Shown here in pieces: positions 16,660 to 27,260 of a stretch of 64,000 nt of DNA (its first letter is position 1; the number at the start of each line of letters is the position of its first letter). Both the position numbers and the translations under genes were made by a program. The notes below the pieces were generated by a model, which saw only the letters and a program-made list of their open reading frames with translations, was not told the origin of the DNA and did no database searches. This stretch comes from Ancylonema sp. (taxonomy: Eukaryota): positions 1 to 64,000 of the forward strand of contig JBFLGF010000055.1 in assembly GCA_050230475.1 (NCBI GenBank), in the 5' to 3' direction.

Positions 16660-17666
16660 TGCGTTATGGATTGCACGTGCTTGAACTGTTTGGTGGTGTT
16701 GGATCGGGTGTCCTAAGGAGCGCGCTGGCAGTAGGGTACACCGTATGCTGCTACACCTATGTGGATCGGGACGCTGTCAGCCGCCGCATCGCTCATTCAG
16801 TCCTTCAAGCCCTCAAGCAACAATACCCGATGTAGCTAAAGGATTCGGCAATCGCAGCATTCGACAAGAGGCTGCCGCAAAACATCAGCCAATGTTCATC
16901 GATCTTTCTGACGCAGCTGACAACATACAACGGACTAGTGGATCTGTTGGGGGGGAGTTGGGAATGCCAAAGCGTGAGCCGCGCTGGACGACAGCGGGGG
17001 ACTATGGACCCCAGATTCAAGTATTTCTACGATCTAGTGCGCATCGTCAACTTTTTCCAAAGAGATCAGGCTACACCGCTGGTCTACATTCTGGAAAACA
17101 CCTATCCAGGGGAGAAACTCACCGAAGAGTTGTCAAGAAGGCCGGTGATCTGGTCTAGGTATTCGTGGGTGCACCAGTGGTGGTCGATGCAGCAGATCTG
17201 GGCGCGGCAGCGCACCGCGTCAGACTCTTCTGAACCAACATGCTGCACCCAGCAGTTCTTCATGCCACGCTGCCAAAACTCATTACCGTCCCCACCCTTG
17301 ACCGCAATCCTCAAGAGCCATCACATCCCTACAATGCCAGGGCACTCACACCATTCCCCCTTTGCTTTACACAACCTTGAGGGGGGTGTCAGGTTATGCA
17401 TGCCAACGGTGGTGTCAGACCTTCCATCCAACGCCTACAGGCCAAAGGACAACGGCACACTTGGCGAGGGTGAAGTGTTCAACACGGACACAAACGTGTG
17501 GGAAGAACCGGATGCTGAGGAAAAGGAGCTGCTCGTGGGATACACACTGGGAGACATAGCGGCAGAAGGGGTGTCCGACGAGGACTGCGCAGTGTGCCTA
17601 GGACGGGCCTTGGATGGCACGACCATGCGTTTGCTGGGGGCAACACTACACGCCAGTCAGGCATAG
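16660..17666 (+). pseudogene. C5 cytosine DNA methyltransferase domain inside pol, disrupted
   Basis: Motif I VLELFGGVG; motif II YTYVDRD; motif IV VDLLGGSWECQSVSRAG (catalytic Cys kept); motif VI YILENT; motif VIII DAADLGAAAHRVRLF*TN; motifs IX/X EKELLVGY...LGRALD. All in canonical order, with stops and frameshifts. Confidence 0.88.
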
Positions 17667-18010
17667 GAATCTCACCCCACCCAGCATTTTCCTACTCAGC
17701 CATCTAGGGGGGGGGGAATGCATCCAGCATACGCAGCCATGAACTACGTGGCAGAAATCAGGGAAATGGTCGCTGCGGAGCCGTCCATGTTCCGATCCCC
17801 AGGAGGACTTGAGCGCAAGGCTGCCCAACTGGTAGTGGCAACACTTCTGGCCTCAAAAGAGAAAGTTGGGTCTCCTCAAAACCCTAGGGTTTTGGAGCCT
17901 GAGGCGGAGGGGGGGAGAGTACGAGGTCCCCCTCTGAGAGACAAGCAACCGACGAGGTTCAACATCGGTAGCAGTCTGCAGGAGAGAGAGATCAGGCCCG
18001 AGTACCGGCC

Positions 18011-19496
18011 ATGTTGGACGACAACGTGGACAGAGTCGCATTCTCCCTTGACGACATCAAGCCCGATGACTTCACGGGGGAGCCGATGCAGATAACTCTC
18101 AATTCGGACCAAGCCATCTTCAGACCCCCTCACAAATTGGGGCAGGTGGAGTGGGACTTTGTCGAGGCGCAGTGTAGGAAACTGGAGGCACTGGGATTCA
18201 TACAGCTCTCCAACCAATCATCCTATGCATCGGCAACAGTGGTGGTGCGCAAGAAAGATGCAGAGGGGAATTACACAGACTTCCGTTAGTGTGGAGACTA
18301 CCGCCCCCTCAACATGGAGACCACGTTGGATCGATGCCCCTTGCCGGGGATTGAGGACATCTTCAACCAGATGGGGGGGGCTACAATCTTTTCCAAACTG
18401 GATCTACGCAGTGGGTACCACCAGATGCCAGTGAGGGTGGAGGATCGGTGTAAGACGGCCTTCTGGGGGGCCAATCGCATTCTATGGGAGTGGTTGGTGG
18501 TCCCCTTTGGACTTAAGAATGCCCCTCCACACTTTCAGAGGCGCATGGACCAAGTGCTCAGAGACCTCCCTTTCTGCCGGTGTTACATCGACGACATCGT
18601 CATCTGGTCGCGCAACGTGGAGGAGCATGTGCAACATCTGGGCATGGTCTTCCAACGGCTGCGAGAAGCGAGGCTATAGGTGCATCCGGGGAAATGTGTA
18701 TTTGGAGCAGATAGCATCGACTTCTTGGGGCATCGCATCTCAGCCGACAAGCTAGAGCCCCAGCAGAACAAGATAGCAGCGGTGCGGGATCTACCGGCGC
18801 CAACCGATTTGTCAAGACTGAGGGCAGCGCTGGGCCTCTTTTTCTACTACCGGAAATTCGTGCCTCATTTCAGTACCATCGCCTTCCCCCTCAATGCTCT
18901 GATGAAGAAAGATCGCCCCTGGGAGTGGGGCAAGGCGCAATCGGATGCCTTTGGGGAGCTTAAGGAGCAGTTGTGCAGTGCAGCGGTTCTGAAATTTCCT
19001 AACCCCTACAGCCCCTTCATCTTGACTACCGATTGGAGTCAGCGAGGGATGGGGGCGATCCTCGGTCAGGCGGGCGATGATGGGGTGGAGCACCCGATTT
19101 TCTTTGCTTCGAGATCATGCAATGCGGCGGAGCAAAACTACTCGTCCTTTGAAGGGGAATGCTTGGCGACAGTATGGGCGACGAGCCACTTCCGTTCTTA
19201 CCTTTTCAGTAACTCTTTCACCCTTGTGACGGATCACGAGCCTCTCAAGTGGATAATGACAACGACGAAGTCGACTGGCAAGCTTGCGAGGTGGATTCTC
19301 CTTCTTCAGGAATACGACTTCACGGTGGAGCATCGGGCAGGGGTGGACAACACCAATGTTGATTGCCTGAGCATATCCACTCCCCTTCGATCAACAGACG
19401 CGCCCACGTTGGACTGGACGAAAGGGGAGATCCTGGCACCAGCCACTTTCCTTGCGTTCATGGTGGGACTTCCCCCTTCATCGATGGAAGCAGAAG
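18011..19496 (+). pseudogene. Ty3/gypsy reverse transcriptase and RNase H
   Basis: KLDLRSGYHQ, KTAF, VPFGLKNAP, YIDDIVIWS; RNase H LTTDWS, YSSFEGECLA, TDHEPL, NVDCLS. In-frame TAG stops at 18287 and 18677. Confidence 0.95.
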
Positions 19497-20696
19497 TGTC
19501 GTGTCATTTACCATCGGGCCCATTCACACGTGTAACATATTCGATATAACAATCATCGTTGTAATGAGTGAAATGCACGTGCGAATCATGTGTTGTTGTA
19601 TCACATGGAATGTTGTTATATCACAACTTAGCCTAGTCGAGGCTCGCGTCACACACGTGCGCGCTAACAATGAACATAGCACCCGCCCGAAGCCCCGAAG
19701 CGTGTCTAGCACATGTTTTCTAGTCTACCTATGGCAAGGCAGTGCCAATGGTCTGAACGTAGAGTGTTCGAAACTTGATGAATTGTAAAGGAAATGCACA
19801 AGGAAGGAATTCACACACAATGAAATGCCAGCCTGAACACGATAATCAATGGTACAAGAAGTAACAATTTAATCAGCGGTTCCCGAGGAGTGATAGGACC
19901 GAATGAGAGAGTGTTTTAAGTTTATAGAGTAGCCTCAGCTAGTGGATCATGCAAGTAGCAAGGCATCTTCCTATCCTGCCGTACCAATTTACGGCGCCGA
20001 CTCAGCCATCTCAACTAGCCGACTTACTAACTCATCCACTTAGAGATTAGCAAGCTAGGACAGATGTTACCCTCTACCTCACTTGAGCTGGTAAGATGTA
20101 AAAAGAGACTACAGAAGCGTCATGCTGGCGGCGCGCAACTGCAGCCTAGTGTGTACAGGAGCCGCAAACTGGCCCATCTCGCCTTGTCGCGCCTTCTCGC
20201 CACTTAAGCCGACTTACGGCGCCCTTAACGCGACGTGAATTGCAAGCGAGGTTACAAGGAAGCTCTCCGCCTAAGCTGGCTAGTAATGTAGCTGTCAGCA
20301 TAGTCCGTTTTAGGTGCCGCCATATGTGCCGCAGGTGGCGGAGCAATCATACCGTTTCGTCTAACTCCGGCCTTAGATTCTGTCCGACACACATAAAGTT
20401 AAATACGTCCACGGGACACGTGTCACTTTACGAAACTTATCGAGGAATACCCACGCGCATTCAGAATACAACTAAAGCCGTAAATACCCGTACCCGCATA
20501 ATGTTCATCGTACAAAGAAAGTACAACTCCGTATAGCCGCCTTATATCGTTATAGACACTCTCGTCTTATAAGCACTCTCTACCGTATAGGCACATTTCA
20601 TCGTGCAAGTCTATCGCGTCAAGTAGGCACTATTTATCTTATAAGCACTTTCGTTGTATAAGCACAAATATTCACCATACAAGCACACGATCTAAC
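19497..20696 (-). mobile_element. ~1.2-kb non-coding element (copy a), nested in pol in opposite orientation, one end truncated
   Basis: Starts TGTCGTG at 19497 and is collinear with copies at 23868 and 25788. Its reverse complement matches both ends of the large element. Confidence 0.85.
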
Positions 20697-21214
20697 AAAC
20701 TTTTAGAAGGGTCATGCCCTTGGCAATGCGCAACCTGGCGATCGCACAACAAAGGGATGTGGAACGCTATCGCCCTGTCAAGGGAGGTGGCTGAGATAGG
20801 CCAAAAACAACTTTCAACCCTGGAGACTACGTCATGCTCAAACAGGAGACCAAGCACACCTTGGAGCCCCCAGCCTTCCCCCATGTACTACGCATTCTGG
20901 AGATGCGCCCTTCGGGAGTTGTCGTGTTGGAGGGAAGTGACGCTGCCCGCTGTTCTCGGCAACTTAAGGACGTGGCACACTGCCCATTGCCTATCTTGGA
21001 CACAAGGTTGTATCCAGGACGGTACTATCGGGGTCCATCAGTTCACTGTCAAGTGTGCGGGAGAAGGGGAGACGGTCCCAAAATGGTCCTTTGCGACAAA
21101 TGCCAGGAGGGGTATCATCTTTGGTGTATGGATACCCCGCTCATGGCGATGCCTAGTGGATCATGGACGTGTCACAACCACGGTAAATACTTCCCATTTT
21201 GTTTACTGCGATGA
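20697..21214 (+). pseudogene. Integrase C-terminal tail plus PHD finger
   Basis: QTFRRVMPLAMRNLAIAQQRD...FNPGDYVMLK, then CQVCGRRGDGPKMVLCDKCQEGYHLWCMDTPLMAMPSGSWTCHNH (C4HC2H PHD-like). The HHCC and DDE core are absent. Confidence 0.88.
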
Positions 21215-21969
21215 TTTGGGATATTCTCAAACATGAGCCCATTGAACATGATAAACTTGGAGAAATCCTACTCGGGTCGGCCACTTTGTGGTGAGAGTCA
21301 TTCCGACTATTTTTGGTGTCATGAGACTACAGTGTAACTCATTGCCAAAGGAGCTCCTGACAAAGGAATAGATCCACTTCCATAATACATGATTATAAGT
21401 TGTTTTAACATTTGGATCACCAAAAGTTCAACACGGGAAAGGCAACTCCAAGATGGATTGCATGGCTCACAACATCACTCCTAGTTGGCTGATGCAATAG
21501 TTAATTCACACCAAAGTGCACATACGGTGGGGAATTGATTGATTGGCCAAATTTGTAAAGAGAAGCTTACGGCTTAATTTACCGATTTGAGGTGCAATAT
21601 TGATGATTTGATACATGTGGTTTCAGGCCTATCATCAAGGACTGTGGGGCAACCTTGCCGCAAAGATGAATGCACACCACAATCGCACAAGTGTGCAAAG
21701 CTGAGTGGAGCGGGAGCTTGACTCATCTTTGGGGGGGGAGAAAACAATATTTGCCATGTTTTCAACGCATACGAGATGCTTGCAAATGATGTATGTTATC
21801 GCGCACGTGTGTGTATGTCAAATCTACGCTACAACGCGTCTTTGTGTGATTACATCCATGCAAGGGATTCACATGGAATTCGTCGCACGTGTGAACGCAT
21901 ATAACAACAAAGCTCGTTACAATTCTTAATCGCACGTGAGAACATACCACGATGGAATATAACACGACA

Positions 21970-22200
21970 AGTTGCTATCTAAGGGTCCCCAAGGTGCTCG
22001 AGCTGGTCCAAACCACGTCCATCCTCCTCAAAGGCTGTTGACAAGAAACCCCCCACATACTCCTTTGTCCCTAGCGGTACCCCCAACAGTCGTATCCCCT
22101 CCGTAGCACAACTAACACTCTCTGGAAGTATAGCAAAAGCCCCAAGCCCGGAAGGGGACCACGCCACACATTTCGAAGGCTGCACGCTAAGGCCGAGATT
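21970..22200 (-). mobile_element. Upstream fragment (RT thumb region) of the same CRE-like LINE
   Basis: QPSKCVAWSP...EGIRLLGVPLG. Contiguous with 13098 once the gypsy insertion is removed. Confidence 0.7.
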
Positions 22201-23867
22201 TAAAATTTGTTTCGAGTCACGAGTCAGTTACACGATTACGCGTCATCGCACAATTTCTACATTGAAAACGTTTATGTTTGGGCCGATGTACGTTCGGACG
22301 GAAATACGTGAGTCACATTTTGGCTCCTTGTTGAGGGGTTATGATCGTGATAAGTAATATTCCTTACACCGGCAATGAAATTTCTGATCCTAATTCGGGA
22401 AATCAAAACCCGAATATGTAATAATGGAATTTGACACGCTCAAAAAGGCAAAACACTCTTGATTTTTTTTTGCCACACTCAACCGTACCACATAAGTACG
22501 ATTCCGCACCTGTCCGTACCGTACCTTTCGGTTAAAATTGCGATTTACCCGCAAATTCCCTTGAATCGGTAATCCTGGCAATGACGTGTAATCTGACGCC
22601 TTATACAGGGGTCCCGTAATTACAGATGTAATATTACGAATTACGGTCGTAAGTTGTAATGTAAACGTAAGGGTCCCAACATGCTAGTATCTCTTACAAG
22701 TGACACGTATGACATGTGTGACATGTTTGACTCTTCGATTCAAGTTGGTATTCTCTCTCTTGATTACGCNATGTTGTCCACTGCTTTGTTTGCATACTCG
22801 GACTGAAATATGCGGCCATCCGGCGAGTATGTCGTTACGGACAGATCATACTGCTCCCAAGTCAAGCAAACAGACAACCACGTTTAAGAAATAGAGTTCA
22901 AATGCGTCAAATTACAGACTGCAGTTGAGTAATTCTTCCTACTTAAGAGAATGATATCCAACATTTATTTCTAAATAAAGATGCAGCCTATGTCAGAGAG
23001 AGCTTACTCCTGTCCCGATGCTAATCATAATGCGACGCGATACAAAAAAACCTCGCTCGGTTGCGTCGATCTCCACGGTCTTCTAAACCCCCACTTATTG
23101 CAACTTCGGGATAGAAATGATATGTATCACTGCCTGAAGAAGGAAGTGCACACTATGAATCTGCACACAGAGCAGGCATGAACCCAGGCTCTGAAGACGG
23201 GCAGGGTAAACAGTACATGGATTTCGATGGATATGACGAGCTAATGGATGGAACGAGAGAAAACACAAGTTTATTATAACCGAACGACGGGATTCCCATC
23301 CTATTACAACGAAAAGTGTCCGATGCAAGCGAACTGCTGCCAACAAACCAAATAAATCCCCCACCACCGCGCGTTCCACTTTCTTCTGCGGAGTTGCATA
23401 TTATACATCGTTTTCCAATAATTAACGGATATCGAAATAAATAAACAAAAAAGAGAGAATTGTCTATTATTGAAAAACGACGGAAACCCCATCTCATCAC
23501 AAAAACGTGCATGTATGGAAACTACATATCCTAAAAAAACGACGAATCTGTGAGCCGATAGTATTGGACAAAACCAGCAACAATATGCAACTCCGAAGAA
23601 GAAAGTGGACCACGCTGTAGTGGGGAAGGTAAGAAGGCCATGGATTTCTCTAGACGTAGGGTTCTAGCATGTATCGCATGTGCTAGCGATCGTTGCAATG
23701 CAATCGACACTATCCGACGGAACCATGTGCACAACAAGCTAATAGAGGGCCCTAATCTTGCACACTCTCTAGATGCTCACCAAAAATAGATCCGACTTAT
23801 CAAACAATGCACCGTATGTCTCATGAGGGTAGTAGCGTCTGCTATGACATGCCATATCAAAGTCCTT

Positions 23868-25084
23868 TGTCGTGCCGTTTGACATCGTGTCGCATTCCCA
23901 TGTGTACCACATTCGATATAGCAATCATCGTTGTAATGAGTGAAATGCACGTGCGAATTATGAGTCGTTGTATCACATAGAATGTTGTTGTATGAGATCA
24001 TGGCCTAGTCGAGGCCCGCTACACGCACGTGCGCGCTAACAATGAATCATAGCACAAGCCCAAAGCAAGTCTAGCACATGCCAATAATTACTGTCAATCT
24101 ATGGCAAGATGTTGCCGTTGGTCTGAACGTGAAGTGTTCGAAGCTTGGGAATGGTAAAGTTGTAATGCACAAGTAATCCACAATTGGTAAATGCCAGCCG
24201 AACACAAAGATAAATTGCACAATGGAGAGTAGTGAAGTGATCAACGGTTCCCGAGGAGTGATAAGGTGATTGAAAGGTCTGAGCACAAAGATTACAACTT
24301 ATATAGGACTCAGCTAGTGAATCGCGCCGATAGCATGGAAACTACCTATCTTGCTGTATCGACTTACGGCGCCGGCTCAACCGCCTTAGCTAGTCGACTT
24401 ACTGTCTAGACCAATTACGGAGCAACATACTAGGACAGATGTTACCACCTACTTCACTCGAGCTGAGAAGACGTCAAAAACCGAATACTGTAGAAGTGTT
24501 GTACGCTCGCAACTGCTGACCAGTATTCACATAAGTCGTAAACCGGCCTTTCCTGCCTTGTCGCTTTATCGCGATATGATGCTAAACTTACGGCGCCTTT
24601 AACGCGATGTGAATAGTGCTAGTAAATTAACGAAGAACCTGTACGCTTAATCTTAAGCTGCCTTGTGATGAAGTTGTCAGCACAGTCCGTTCTAGGCGCC
24701 GCCAAATGTGCCGTAGGTGGCAGAACACTCATACCGTTTCGTCTAACTACGTCCTTAGATTTTGTTCGAGCCACTTCATGACAAATACGTTCAAGGGACG
24801 CGTGTTACTTTACAAAACATATCAAGGAATACCCACGCGCTTTCCAAATATGAATAAGGCCGTGAATATCCGTACCCGCATAATGTTCATCGTACAAGCA
24901 CATACACCATGTAGACACCTTCTATTGTATAAGCATCTGTGCATCATATGCACACTTCACCATTCAAGCATCTTTCACCGTATAGGCAGATTTCAGAGTT
25001 CAGGCATCTTTCATCTTATCGGTACCCCCACCATATAAGTCCGAATATTCACCATACACGCACACCATCTAATAATGTCCGACA
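23868..25084 (-). mobile_element. ~1.2-kb non-coding element (copy b), both termini intact
   Basis: TGTCGTG...TCCGACA. Flanks CCTT and CCCC each differ by one base from CCCT at the empty site (about 13004-13007), consistent with an aged 4-bp TSD. Confidence 0.85.
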
Positions 25085-25269
25085 CCCCCAAACACTCGAG
25101 AAACGCCGGAGTCGCGGGGCACGACCGGAGTAGGTAAGAAGGTCGTTGAGCGAACACTTGCGTGAGGATCCGGATTGCTACCTAAGGGCCCCCAAGGTGC
25201 AGGAGCTCGTCTAATCCACGTCTATTGAGAAAGAGACTCACGCACATCTTGAACGTATGGATGGCTCCA

Positions 25270-25704
25270 AGATTACGTTCGGGCCAATACAATTACCGAA
25301 AATGCGTGAGTCACGTTTTGGTTCCTTATTGAGAGGTTGTGATCGTGATGAGGAATATTCCGTACAACGGCAATAAAATTTATGAACATATTTCGGGAAG
25401 GCAAAACCCGAATATGTAATAATGGCAATTTATGGCAAAATGGAAAAAATGGGCACGGTCTAAAAAACAAACCACTTTTGATATTTTTTGGCCATGCTCC
25501 ATCGCACCATGAAAGTACAGTACCGTACCTGTCCGTACCGTACCTTTTCGGTTAAAATCACGAATTACGCACAAATGTCCGAGAACTAGTAATCGTGACG
25601 ATGACGTGTAATCTGACGCCTTACAAAAGGGTCTTGTAATTAGAGACATAATATTACGAATAACGGTCGTAATTTGTAATGTAAACGTAAGGGTCCCAGC
25701 CCTA
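25270..25704. mobile_element. Single end of a hAT-like non-autonomous element (second copy about 22200-22686)
   Basis: Ends TCCCAGCCCTA (reverse complement TAGGGCTGGGA, a hAT-type terminus) with many TTACG/CGTAA subterminal motifs. The other end was not found. Confidence 0.4.
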
Positions 25705-25787
25705 CGTGTAAGTGTCTCTTACAAGTGACACATATGACATGTATGACATGTTTGACTCTTTCGATTCAAGTTGGTGTTCTTGTCTTG

Positions 25788-26673
25788 TGTCGTGCCTTTT
25801 ATCATCGGGACCATTCACACGTGTAACACATTCGATATAACAATCATCGTTGTAATGAGTAAAATGCACGTGCGAATTATGTGTCGTTGTATCACATGGA
25901 ATGTCGTTATATCACAACTCAGCCTAGTCGAGGCTCGCGTCACGCACGCGCGCGTTAACAATGAACATGGCACTCCGCCCGAAGTGAGTCTAGCACATGC
26001 TAAGATTTATTTTCTAGTCTACCTATGAAGGGATTGCCAATGGTCTGAACGTAAAGTGAGATGTTGCCCTCTACTTCACTCTAGCTAGGAAGACGTTAAA
26101 AGTAGGTCACTCCAGTGTCATGCTGGTGGCGCGCACCTGCCGTCCAGCGTGGCCTGAGTCGCATGCTGGCCCTTCTCGTCTTGTCGCCTTCCGTAATTCA
26201 ATGCCGAACTTACGGTGCCTTTAACGCGACGTGAATCTTACGAGAGAATGTGCAAGGAAGCTGCCTGCATTATTCTTAAGCTGCTGGTAATGCAGCTGTC
26301 AGCACAGTCCGTACTAGGTGCCGCCATATGTGCTGTAGGTGGCGGAACAATCATACCGTTTCGTCCAACTACGACCTTAGATTCTGTTCGACGCACTTAA
26401 GGTTAAATAAGTCCGAGGGACACGTGTTACTTTACGAAACTTATCGAGGAATACCCACGCGCTTTCGAACTTCCTTCAACTGAAAGCCGTGGATACCCGG
26501 ACCCGCATATCATCGTACGAAAGTACAAAACACCGTGTAACCACCTCCTATCGTTATAGACACTCTCTTATTAGCACGCTTCACCGTATAGGCGTATTTT
26601 ATCGCGTATGTCTACCGCGTCGAGTAGGCACCATTTATCTTATAGGCCCTCTCGCCGTATAAGCACAAATTTG
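25788..26673 (-). mobile_element. Non-coding element (copy c), internally deleted
   Basis: Starts TGTCGTG. CTTG lies on both sides (25784-25787, 26674-26677) versus a single CTTG at the empty site near 22759. About 0.3 kb is deleted near 26058. Confidence 0.8.
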
Positions 26674-27260
26674 CTTGATTTTATCATGAGAATAGGAATA
26701 TCTTCTCTGTTTTTTATAATATCCCAGCCCCTCCCAGCCATCCCAGCTCGGTAAGGAGGGGTTTACCCGGGTCGGGAGGGTCAGCCCGGTTCCAGCCCCC
26801 GGCTCGGACTTGAGGCTGGGAAAGGGCTGCAGAAGGGTCCGGGGGTCGCCTCCAGTCCCCAGCTCCCATCCCCATGTGAAATGGGGTTGCGCACTATGCT
26901 GGTGCTGGAGCAGTGTCCGCCACGCCGAGTGCTATCTCACTCGGCACACAAACCGCCAGGCACACTTTCAACCCCCGTGACATACGATCCAGTACAGTCA
27001 CAGTTCTGTGGCTCCTCCCACTTCGGGGCCTATGCCAAGTGCAATCACGCAACAAGATTGAGCGCGATACTCGACTATATCACTGTATTAAAATGTTTAT
27101 GAGTATGGGAGATCTCTGCAATTGATCATCAGAGCATCATGAGCTACATTCTCCTCTCGTCATATTAGAATCGAAATCAAATTGGTGGCGCATGAGGGTT
27201 CTTTCATGACAAATTCATCCTTCTCGGCTACATCAGGACACCATACTGCGGGATGTTTCA

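Larger units (their letters stand above)
13099..21969 (+). mobile_element. Decayed Ty3/gypsy-type retroelement carrying a cytosine DNA methyltransferase and a PHD finger; termini TGTCGT...ACGACA, 4-bp TSD AGTT
   Basis: AGTT at 13095-13098 and 21970-21973. The uninterrupted LINE (empty site) is seen in the duplicate block at about 25150-25200. Domain order is gag-PR-DNMT-RT-RH-(INT)-PHD. A G8AG polypurine tract lies at 21731-21740. Confidence 0.9.
22771..26680. repeat. Diverged duplicate of about 11001-13098 plus 21970-22769 (PAG1 exons 1-2, promoter, partly deleted LINE remnant), with different insertions
   Basis: Begins at N 22770 within PAG1 exon 2. Exon 1 reads MISIGTG at about 23028-23008. 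Lacks the 8.9-kb gypsy but carries short-element copies b and c. Confidence 0.9.

Noticed and set aside
14342..18679. TAG at Gln-like positions suggesting a TAR=Gln genetic code
   Set aside because: Host genes end at conserved C-termini with TAG (RPT4, MMS21) and TAA (PAG1, ARL2), and the element also has frameshifts and TGA stops, so this is decay.
19492..20709. AGAAG as a 5-bp TSD for nested copy a
   Set aside because: The right AGAAG lies inside resumed pol coding sequence and the integrase core between is deleted.
13998..21756. TTGCCA at both internal junctions as a 6-bp TSD of the gag-pol region
   Set aside because: Homology to the short element extends past both TTGCCA copies (to about 14007 on the left and back to 21739 on the right), so the match looks coincidental.
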